Source: Pocillopora damicornis
Taxonomy: Eukaryota
Direction of reading: 5' to 3'
DNA length: 64,000 bases
Assembly: GCF_003704095.1 (NCBI RefSeq)
Contig: NW_020845941.1
Location: 248,001-312,000 of the forward strand
Positions 52,129 through 61,990 of this stretch are shown in pieces (position 1 is the first letter of the stretch; every line of letters starts with the position of its first letter). Both the position numbers and the translations under genes were made by a program. Under the pieces are notes generated by a model. The model had not been told where the DNA came from and did no database searches. It saw nothing but the letters and a program-made list of their open reading frames with translations.

Positions 52129-53841
52129 ATGATGTTCAGCCATATCGTCTGGAGTGACAAATCTTGTACTCTCAAAGAATTTGTCGACGAATACCCGCTT
52201 CCGCAACTAATCAAAGTCGAAAGCGGGGTCTACAATGACGACGAGGCGAGAACGCTATCAGCAGAGCAGATTCTCACCCTACATATCACCAAACGGAGCG
52301 ACAAGGTGTTAGTTAGGGCTGCCGAAAACAAACAGTATTTCCTACCGGTAACATGTCCACATAAAGTTGAGATTCTTCCTAAATTTTGTCAAGACAAATA
52401 TTACAGTGTGGAAGATATTACCAGCTCTTTTACAGCCCCAGATTTTAAATTTATTCGTGTGGTACATAACGGTCCGCCTTCGCTTCGAATACGAGCTGGG
52501 GACATATTAAAACTCAAGAAAACTGAAGAGGAAAATCGGGTTAAGTATCTTGAATGTGAGTTTTATAATAAGACTCAAGACTCTGTAATGCTTCCATTAG
52601 AATTCAAAGCTGCCTTCGAGCCCTTAGCCAGCCCAGAAGAGTATCATTTGCAAGAAGTTCTGAGTTCGTTTACACTTCCTGTTCGCGTGAAGTTTACCTC
52701 CAGTGACACTATAATACAAGATGCTGCGAACACTAACATTGAATTGCAATCGCTCGGTTCGGTTCTCTTAAAAGAAATTCGAGAGGAAATTACAGTTATT
52801 GCTACAAGTCGTGACGACGAAACTGTCACCGTTTTAATGATTCCTTCTGATTTGGATGTGAAAGTGAATCCTGCTCTCGGGGCCGTAAAAGGTGATTCAA
52901 CGTACGCAAGATTCTGTAAAGAAATCCACGATGGAACAGAACTTTCCAAAATCGACCTTTTGAATAGTTCGAAATTGCTAGAATATTCTGAGGAACCTAC
53001 CGTTGATGTTGTCTATGATTATGTTGAGATAGGTCCACCACTTCCTCCTCGGTCAGACTCCAAACGAAATGAACCGACAGATTCCGATGAAGATTATGAA
53101 GATGTAGACCTACCTCCCCCCAGACCACCAAAACCATCTTCTAAACCAAACCTGAGATCAGCCCATCAAAACGAGAAAACCGATGGTGTTTTCCCTTCCA
53201 TGTGCTCCAGATCTTACAGTTCTGAGAAACCATTATCTTTTAATGAAGATGGTGACGATGACAGTGAGGATGACGATGGCGAGTATGAAGATTTTGACCC
53301 GGTCTTTGGGAGCTCAGATGACGAAGAGGATGTCTATTCACAGACAGATCTACCAGGGGCAGAAACGCCTAGTGACAGAGGAAAAGAAAAACGTAGTGCC
53401 CTTGAAGAACCTGAAAAACTTAATCTCAAGACACGAGTTTCAGCCATTCTCAAGAAGGCCATTGCCAAGTCACCTACGTCTCCACCCGCCTCCCGATTGC
53501 CCTCTGCCACTTATGCCAACATCCCAACCCAAAGGCTGCGTCCACCCCCACAACGACAATCACCTGAGAAAAGTCTTTCCACTTCACCTTCCCCTGTGGC
53601 TTCTCATTTATCCCAGGGGTACCCCTATGATCTATCAAGTCTTTCTGTTTCAGAAGTGGGAGAATGCCTCAAAAAGCTTAACCTGGGAGAGCACGTCAAA
53701 GCTTTTGAAAAACAAACCGTTGATGGGAGTCTTCTGAAGAATCTAAGTGAACAAGAACTGATAGACCTTGGAGTAACTAAATTATTTCAAAGGAATAAAC
53801 TTCTTCTTTTTATACAGGGATGGAGGCCTAAAATGAATTAA
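52129..53841 (+). CDS. CABIT + SAM adaptor 6 (GAREM/Themis-like), 570 aa, single exon
   Basis: IVWSDKSCTLKEFVDEYPLPQLIKVESG...LECEFYNKTQDSVMLPLEFKAAF...TLPVRVKF; PPLPPR and PPPRPPKP; SAM ending FIQGWRPKMN. Confidence 0.92.
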   Translation: MMFSHIVWSDKSCTLKEFVDEYPLPQLIKVESGVYNDDEARTLSAEQILTLHITKRSDKVLVRAAENKQYFLPVTCPHKVEILPKFCQDKYYSVEDITSSFTAPDFKFIRVVHNGPPSLRIRAGDILKLKKTEEENRVKYLECEFYNKTQDSVMLPLEFKAAFEPLASPEEYHLQEVLSSFTLPVRVKFTSSDTIIQDAANTNIELQSLGSVLLKEIREEITVIATSRDDETVTVLMIPSDLDVKVNPALGAVKGDSTYARFCKEIHDGTELSKIDLLNSSKLLEYSEEPTVDVVYDYVEIGPPLPPRSDSKRNEPTDSDEDYEDVDLPPPRPPKPSSKPNLRSAHQNEKTDGVFPSMCSRSYSSEKPLSFNEDGDDDSEDDDGEYEDFDPVFGSSDDEEDVYSQTDLPGAETPSDRGKEKRSALEEPEKLNLKTRVSAILKKAIAKSPTSPPASRLPSATYANIPTQRLRPPPQRQSPEKSLSTSPSPVASHLSQGYPYDLSSLSVSEVGECLKKLNLGEHVKAFEKQTVDGSLLKNLSEQELIDLGVTKLFQRNKLLLFIQGWRPKMN

Positions 53842-54944
53842 CTACTAATTGCTCCTCTTTTCACTGAGTAGCTCAAGCACAAAGCAGAATGCAGCTTGTT
53901 ATTAAGAACCCTTGAAATATATTCTAAGCGACATTTGTTTATCATTGTACAAGAAATACAGATATCTTATTAGTTTCTAGTTTGTAGAATCGCCGAGTAT
54001 TTCACAGGTTGTGCCGTATTGTGACGAACCCATAGAGTATCGCGTCAACATACAAACAAGGAGTAAAAATACTCAGCGATACTACTGGCCGAAACGCTTG
54101 ATAAGTTATAGATTACCCAAATGCTATAATGTCTTCCAATTTTTAGTCCTTTTAAAATACGCATGGAAGCGTAGCCAATCTGTCAAACAGGTTTTTTTTT
54201 GCAGAAAACCAACTTTTCAATCAACAGTACAATATCGTGAGGTATTTGAACTCAAATCGCTAGTTACTTCTGCTCTTCCAAATGCAGTTGGTTAATATGA
54301 TAGGTTATAAATTGGTATTCTCGCACTTATCTTAAAAACTCGTAGCTTCTAAAGCCAGCATGAGATGTAAATATCTTTATACTGAAGAGGAATTATTAGA
54401 GAACATGGTGAATATAACACCAAAGAACTATAGGAATTGGTATCTAATTTCTGGTTCATATAAATCATTAAGGCCGAGTGTAACATTTATTTTGTTCACT
54501 TTGTTTTCAATGGAAATTGATTTTGTGTTCATAATAGGAGTCAAGCTGAGTCAGAACAAGGAACTAGCTGAAAATGCAAAGAGGGCATCTCTGTGTTAAA
54601 ACGCAGACAAAATTTCCATTTTAGTCCATATTTAGATCACAACACTTAGGCACAAGTTTATTACTTTAACTTTTGTCAAAAAAAAAATGAAATAGAAAAT
54701 AGAAATCAGGAGATTAACAGATTACTATTGATATCATATCAATATGAAGATGACAACATAAGATCAGTTTTGTCTATTGTTAATAATTATTACTTCTTGA
54801 TTCTGTAAAGTATTGTTGAAGTGTGACAAATAAATCACTTTGAAAGAAAAATCAGTGTTTAGGAGAATGGATGGGAAAAATGGGAAAATTGATGCCCTTA
54901 ACAACATCATGACAGGACTAACTGTGAAAAAAAACACCAGCTGA

Positions 54945-55141
54945 ACTCTATACCTCCAATGAGTCACCAAGACAGAATTTCTCCTTATGTCATCAATACA
55001 ATATCATGCAGACAAGTGATGAGAATAAAGAATAATATTTATAAGTTGATCCAATACCAAATTCTCCAAACTAACATCACAAGAACTGTAGGGCAGACAT
55101 TAAGGAGAATTAGTAATGAGATCTTGGGAGTTAAAGAGTTA
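54945..55141. mobile_element. piggyBac-like MITE (family of 2971-3179)
   Basis: atgagtcaccaagacagaatttctcctta...gagatcttgggagttaaagagttaa. Confidence 0.7.
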
Positions 55142-55145
55142 ACAA

Positions 55146-55560
55146 TTGGAAGCTTCTCGCAACTTGCTGATATTGAGCTCACTGAAAAATTTTCTTTGCC
55201 AGCATTCCACTGCCCTGGAATCACATTTGACAAATTTTTTTATATTTGTGTCAGTTAGGTCCACAAGAGCCAATCATTCTTACAAACTTTATGTCAATCC
55301 TGAAAGAGTAAATAGTTACAAACATTCCTTTTTCATTTGCATGATCAGAATCTGGAGTAACTCACCAAGAGATTTCATGGAAGCCAACCTCCAGCTTTTT
55401 AATCCAAATTTAGGCATCATCTGTTACATCTTAATTGATTCAGAATATTTTAACTTGAGAAATTTTACTGGTGCTGTAATTAGAAATTTCATTTCTTTTT
55501 TCTTTTTTCTTTTCTTTTTTATAGGGAGTTTTTAAATAGTGTTTACCTCTCAACTTCCTC
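55146..55560 (+). mobile_element. CR1/L2-like LINE 3' remnant
   Basis: The translation STRANHSYKLYVNPERVNSYKHSFFICMIRIWSNSP resembles the conserved extreme C-terminus of CR1-clade ORF2 (TR.H..KL...YSFF.R....WN.LP). Confidence 0.65.
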
Positions 55561-56449
55561 TAAAGATGCTTTTTAACTGAATCCTTACCTTTGCAATTTT
55601 AGCTAGCTGCATCTTGGATAAAGTTTGTTATAAAGTTTGTATGCTTACCACTGGGACAATGAGACAAATTCCACCTCAGTTAACTATACACTCCAGTTCA
55701 AAAAACCTTTAGGAGAAACAATGCTAACCATTGCATCTAGAATATGAAAGTTTATTTCAATTTCAACGAGCATCAAGTGTAGTTGCAAAATAAACATCAC
55801 CATATGTTCATAGAGAATTGTTTAAATGCCATTGTATGATGATAATTTGTGCTATTTCAGTTGACTGCTAATTGGTCATGAGTATACCTCCATAATACAT
55901 GTAGTATAGCTGAAGAGAAAGATTTTAAGAAAAATAGTGAAGGTATTGATTGTATGGCTATTGTCTACCACCCTAAACCTACTGATGTGCCCAACATGGT
56001 AGTATTTATCTCTGCCAACAAATACCACCCATTAGTATATACCACACAAGTGAATGGTGTTTTAAGCTTGCACTGATTGGCTAGTTCAGAAGTGATTAGC
56101 AAGTATTCTTCACCATCATGTTTCTAACCTTTTTTTTTAGCATGTTAACTAACTAACTTCTTTCATGGTTGCTGTGTGTTGTCTACTAAAACAGTAATGT
56201 CCAAGAAAGTGGTGGATAGTTAGCTCCAATTGTTATTTTAATGTATGACATGTATCAAAACACATGCCATATATTATGAAAATAATAAACACCTCTCATC
56301 TGTTTGATATAAATAAGAAAATCAACTCTCTTGAAAAGTGCATGCACTTCACTGCTGCAGTCAATAAAAGCCTCACCTCTATCATAATTCCACACTTTCA
56401 AGAAGTACCCAATTCAAAGAAGATGGGCAAAAAAAATACTTTTCTTTCG

Positions 56450-56640
56450 CTGTTTCTGGAAATGAATTGCCCCCTTGGATGGAATATTGGTCCATTGCAG
56501 GTTACCCCTGAGCAGTTTATCAGGTGTGACTGACAGTTTTGCAGGTACAAGCCAATCAAACTCCTTCATGGAGATAGTTACTGTGACAATTGAGTGGTTG
56601 CCCAGAACACAACACAACACCGTAACTGTTGGGCCCCAGG
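56450..56640 (-). mobile_element. Degenerate SINE
   Basis: The minus strand gtgttgtgttctgggcaaccactc...cacagt...ggggtaacctgcaatggac...ccatccaagggg resembles a widespread cnidarian SINE body. Confidence 0.55.
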
Positions 56641-56965
56641 ACCTCCCACATTTGCAACAGTGAACATAGCCTAAATTTCCCAAAATCAGATATGAATTGC
56701 CACACATTTCATGCATAACCCTACATCCCAACAACATAAGAATAGTAAGGTTGTCATGGTTATATTCCCAAAGATACCTTCGGAGCCATCATCTTCACTA
56801 ACCTCTCTCTGTCAAGGGACTAATTACATTGATCTAGTGCAGATAAAGTAAATAAAGTGAAATAAGATGAATAAAATTTCTTGATGATTTACTAGTTTAG
56901 TCATGGCAATAAAATCAATAAATTTCAATTAAAGAAAAACATTTAACGCAACATTTAGCAGAAGA

Positions 56966-57172
56966 TTAACTCTCAAGAGGGACTGGCTTCTAATTTATCC
57001 AAATAGTATCACCCTCGAATCAAACGTAAAGGTCAGGAGAATAAAGAAAATGATCACCTATTTGAGAAGCTCCTGATTGTCAAACAAATTCTCATTTTCA
57101 CCACCATGGAAAAAGGAGAGAACAGTGTGGAGAATATAAATGTTGATGCTGGGCCTAAGGTTTAGAAGGTTA
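56966..57172. mobile_element. TTAA-flanked MITE (family of 15040-15236)
   Basis: ttaactctcaagag...gaaggttaa, with internal blocks shared with 15040-15236. Confidence 0.55.
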
Positions 57173-57841
57173 AAGAAAGTTGCACACATTTGGTCAAAAG
57201 TGTGGGACAACGAGAACTTACATAAGATCTTCTTTATTTTGTGACTGAGCTCCACATTCACAATTTTTCTCATTGTATGAAAGACATTTACTTAAAAAGC
57301 AATTCTAATGTCATTTCAGTGTCATAAATGATCTTTTCAAGTTGCATGCAAATTAAATACTAGCCCTGCAATGTGACTAGGTACACTTTATCAAATCTTG
57401 AGAATCTGTTGCCTTAAGATTTTAACATGCAAGCCTTTGTATAATTACCTAAAGAAACGTCTTGAGCGAGACGAAAAGCTCTTAGCAGAGAAACTTCACC
57501 CTCCATCTTGAATCAGTCAGTGTTGAGCCTGAAGGTACGCCCGAGGAGCACTAGTGACGAGTTTCAGAGTCGGGTGATTATCGGAAATTGTCGGCTATTC
57601 CATTATGGCGGACTATTTTAATAACACTGATTGCGACTTACCAACGGTCAAGCGACGTGATTGAACCAGAAATGAACATTATTAGATGCTTTACATTTGA
57701 AGAATGCATTTTCGAGTTTAAATCAAGGAAATGTCGCAAATTTTGTGTGGCTCTTTCCTTCACCCTCGTCGATCTTAAGTTTCTTGTTCAGCAGACGTTT
57801 AGCTTAACAATGTAGCCGCCAAGACCAACGCTTGCAAAGGT

Positions 57842-60800
57842 AAACAAAACTTGTGAATAGTATCGCCACTATAATGCCCTTGTCATAGTGCTACTGGTTA
57901 GAAAGATCCTCAAGATGAAGTTTCTATTGTCTTGTACCTCTAGCCGGTAGGATCTGAAGGTGCTTATAAAATACTACCGGCGAGAGGTACAGCTTGCATA
58001 CTTAGTCGACTTTGCCCAGTTTTTATTACGGTTTGCTCCACATCTGACTTTTCTGCACTCCAAACTAGTCTTACACTCATAGAAATCACTTTTTACAGGA
58101 GTACGTTTACATTTATTTTTTTATCTGGTCTTGTACCTCTAGCTGGTAGGAGCTCAAGAGGCTTATAAAATACAACTGGCTAGAGGTACAGCTTGCATAT
58201 TTAGTCGACTTTGCCCAATTTTTATGATGGTTTGCTTCAAATTTTACTTTGCTTTACTCCAAATTAGTCTTACACTCCTTCGAATTTCTTTTTTCAAGAA
58301 TACATATACATCTATTTAGTTCTGTTTGGTCTTGTGCCTCTACTGTGTAGGATCTTAAAAGGCTTATAAAATACTACCAACTAGAGATACAGCTTGCTTA
58401 CTTAGGCGACTTTGCCCAATTTTTATCATGGTTTGCTCAGCATTTTTCTTTTCTGCACTCCAATGAAGAAATGTAAATGTCTTGTACCTCTTGTATTTCC
58501 ATGACGTGAAGTGGAGTGGTTTCCAGCTTATCGAGTGTTCTCCCAACCTCCCAAGTGTTTACATCAGGCTTTGTAAACACAGAAACCATTTAACATTTCT
58601 TTTATAAAATAACTAATGAAAGAGCCTCTTCTTGCAACAAAGAAAAGCAACGTGCTTGTTGTTGTTGTTCATTTGGCTTTTCAGCCGTTTCTTGAATACT
58701 GGGAAAATTAAACTCCAAAGAAAAATTAGGAAAATCTTCTTCTTCCATTACTGTACTCAAAACAAACTTAAAGAAACTGAGTTACTGCTAAATAAATAGC
58801 AGGGAGAACTCCGCAAGAAGATTCAGTATGAAAACCGTGTTTACATACGCTCATGTAAAATGGTTTTATGGCTAATCAGAGCACGCGTACTATTTGAATT
58901 ATTTTATAAATTGTAATCTTACACTCCTTGGAATCATTTTTTTTTAAGAATACTTCTAATTTTTTTTTCATTTGGTCTCGTACCTCTGGCTGGTAGGATC
59001 TCAGGAGGCTTAGAAAAGGCTACCAGCTCGAGGTATAGTTTGCATATTTAGTCAACTTTGTCCAATTTTCACTGCAGTTTGCTCCACATTTTACTTTTCA
59101 GCTGAAACTAAAGCAGGCATTATTAGGCAATAAGCAAAGGGTTTCTAGTTGGTGTTCAATTAAGAAAGGTTTGATTTCTTTTTAATAATAACAATTTTCA
59201 TTAAAAAATACAATAAATAACACAGGCACAGGTAAATTTCATTTATTTAGTTGTATAAATTATATATATATCTAACTGCAGACAGTACTGTTTCGGCCTT
59301 CTGGGCCTCATCAGTGCAGTGCTCATGCCAGAATGGAGGTAAGGCCATATAGCCACCCCAAGAGATCTCACACATGTGGGATCATCTAAGCCATGCCAGA
59401 GTGCTCAAACTAGATAAACTAGTGTTTATATATATATATATATGTATGTATATGTATACATATATATGGTTTTCATACAGCCATACATGCTGTTAAATAT
59501 CATTGAAAATACATAAGGAAAATGTTAATTTGGTGAATTAAAATCATGTTATCCTATGACTACCTGAGGATGACTTAGTTTTAGTATATCAGTCAATTGT
59601 TGGCATTGTCAACAGTACTTCTAATCAAACACAAATATCATGAAAATTGAGACTGTTCCTTTCTAGGAAATTCCACACACACTTATGCAGAGTAAATCTG
59701 GTTGACATGTTCAAGTCTAAAATGAATTTTAAGTCAAATTCATCTAAAACTGTTTTGAATTGTATTGAAATAAATCCACAATCAAAGAAAATAAAAATCA
59801 GACTAGTTTAAAATTTATTTACTTGAAATTCATTTAAAACACAATAATGTTAATGATTTCAAGCTTAATTCACATACAGAAGCTGCCCCTCTGGCTGGTA
59901 GTGTTTTCTGAGTAATGTAAGATCCTACTAGCCACATGAACAAGACTGCAGAGCATGAAAATAATTATACATATGGAGTGACTCCACAATGGTATAAGAC
60001 TAACATGGAATGTAGAAAGTTTTTTCCATAAATCAAAAGGTAAATGAAATGAGTTAAATTCTCCTTAAATGCACAAAGTATCTCTAGCGGTAGTATTTTC
60101 TAAGCCACCAGAGATCCTACTGGCTTGAGGTACACAACCAAGGAAAAAGAAGATATTCTTGAAAGAAGTGATTTCAATGTACTGTAAGACTAAATGGAAT
60201 GCTCAAAAGTAAAATTGAAAGCAAACTGCAGTAATGAAAATTGGGCTAAGTGATTAAATATGTAAGCTGTACCTCTAGTTTTTTTTTGAGCCTCCTAAGG
60301 ATTCCTACCAGCTAGAGGTATCAAATAACAAAAATAACTGTAAATGTATTCTTGAAAAAAGTGATTCCAAGGAGTGTAAGTTTAAGTTGAAGCACAGAAA
60401 AGTCAATGTGGATCAAACTATAGCAAACTCTGGGCACACTTCATTCGGAGCCTCACTCTGTCGTGTCCTGCACCTTTCGTCTCTTGTTCTTTTGACCTTG
60501 TCAAAAGTATTTCTTCTTCCCAGTGTTATTTCAGCATCATGATCATGGTGAAAGCAATTAAATAAATAAATAAGTAATTGAAATATGCAAGCTGTACCTC
60601 TAGCTGGTAGTAAGCTCTTTCAGATCCTACCAGCTAGAGGTACAAGACCAAATAAAAGTATATATATAGGAATGTATTCTTGAAAAAGTGATTCAAAGGA
60701 GCATAAGACTAATTTGGAGCACAGAAAAAGTAAAATGTAAAGCAAACCATCATAAAAATTGGGCAAAGTCGACTAAATATGCAAGCTGTACCTCTAGCCG

Positions 60801-61340
60801 GTTGTATTTTATAAGCCTCTTGATCTCCTACTAGCTAGAGGTACAAGACCAGATAAAAAAAAGAAATGTAAATGCACTCCTGTAAAAAGTGATTCCAGGG
60901 AGTATAAGACTAATTTGGAGTGCAGAAAAGTCAGATGTGGAGCAAACCGTGATAAAAATTGGGCAAAGTCGTCTAAGTATGCAGGCTGTACCTCTAGCCA
61001 GTTGTATTAATTTTTCTAAGCCCCTTCAGATCCTACCAGCTAGAGGTAAAAGACCAAATAACAAAATAAATGTAAACGTACTCCTGTAAAAAGTGATTCC
61101 TAAGAGTGTAAGACAAATTTGGAGTGCAGAAAAGTCAGATGTGGAGCAAACTGCAGTAAAAATTGGGCAGAGTCGACTAAGTATACAAGCTGTACCTCAA
61201 GCCGGTAGTATTTTATAAGCACCTTCAGATCCTACCGGCTAAAGGTACAAGACAATAGAAACTTCATCTTGGAGATCTTTCTAATCAGTAGCACTATGAC
61301 AAGGGAATTATAGTGGCAATACTATTCATTAGTTTTGTTT
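57842..61340. mobile_element. Foldback-type element: long inverted arms (~57842-59100 and ~59880-61340) made of ~200 bp tandem subunits
   Basis: The reverse complement of ~61080-61340 matches 57842-58110 closely (aaacaaaact..tgaatagtat.gccactataat.cccttgtcatagtgctactg.ttagaaagatc...). Subunits start at ~57931, 58130, 58331 and 58978, with mirror copies at ~61245, 61045, 60840, 60640, 60315 and 60130. No ORF. Confidence 0.88.
59275..59320 (-). ncRNA. Minimal type I hammerhead ribozyme (Penelope/retrozyme type)
   Basis: Minus strand: ACUGCA-CUGAUGA-GGCC cagaa GGCC-GAAA-CAG ua CUG-UC-UGCAGU. This gives stem I, an intact core, stem II, a palindromic stem III and a GUC cleavage triplet. Confidence 0.85.
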
Positions 61341-61468
61341 GGAATGTGGCGGACCAAGGTTCATCCCGATAGAAATTTAACTCAAGGAAAATCGAAAAGA
61401 GATTCTACCGAAGAGTTCAGAGTCACTTTAAAAGTGAGAAAGAATTTCAGGTGGCGCCGAACACTCTT

Positions 61469-61621
61469 TCCCTCACCGCCCCCTTACCCCCATCCCCTCC
61501 TCCCCACTACCCCCACCCCTCCCCCCTACCCCCTTACCCCCTCCGTCCTTACCCCCTTACCCCCCTCCCCCTTGCTCCCTCCCCCCTTACCCCCTTTCCC
61601 TTACCCCCACCCCCTCCCCCT
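61469..61621. repeat. C-rich low-complexity tract (CCCCTTA/CCCCT-like), G-quadruplex-prone on the minus strand
   Basis: About 150 bp of C3-C6 runs separated by 1-4 nt. Confidence 0.85.
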
Positions 61622-61990
61622 CTGTGCATCAGCCAAGCTTGATAAGCTTACTTATCCTTTTTTTCATCCTTTTTTGGAATAAATTAAATCAATACAAAAT
61701 GAAAGATGAAGGACTGGGAATTAAGCTTCCAAAAAATTGAATTTTAATGTGTAAGCTAGATTTAAGGAAGTAATCTTTCAATCATGACATGATATGTTAC
61801 AGCGCATCTCGACCTATACTTCTAGTTAAAAGCTGAAACGATTATTTCGTTTATCAGTGTTTCATACGGCTCATCATGTGCAAGATCATCCCGCAATGAC
61901 AAGGACTGTGTATTTACAAACACCTACCCACCTGAAAAGTCTTTACATTTATCGGAGAAAGTAAACAGACCTTGACACCTAGTTTTAAAC

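Larger units (their letters stand above)
55589..57506 (-). pseudogene. Possible decayed multi-exon gene (candidate exons 57449-57506, 56778-56833, 55589-55706)
   Basis: caagATGG start in a CpG-rich patch and GT/AG-bounded segments giving MEGEVSLLRAFRLAQDVSL-DQCN*SLDRERLVKMMAPK. In-frame stops are present and I recognise no homolog. Confidence 0.25.

Noticed and set aside
25397-53841. Horizontal transfer or viral origin of the intronless gene cluster
   Set aside because: CABIT, GAREM-type SAM and SH2/SH3 ligands are metazoan features, and no viral or bacterial hallmark genes are present. Retroposition or intron loss followed by tandem duplication is simpler.
57931-61260. CRISPR-like appearance of regularly spaced palindromic repeats
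   Set aside because: The 'spacers' are themselves repeated, the unit is ~200 bp, the arms are inverted, there are no cas genes and the context is eukaryotic.
61335-61682. Proline-rich 115 aa ORF
   Set aside because: Translation of a C-rich low-complexity tract, with a non-ATG start.
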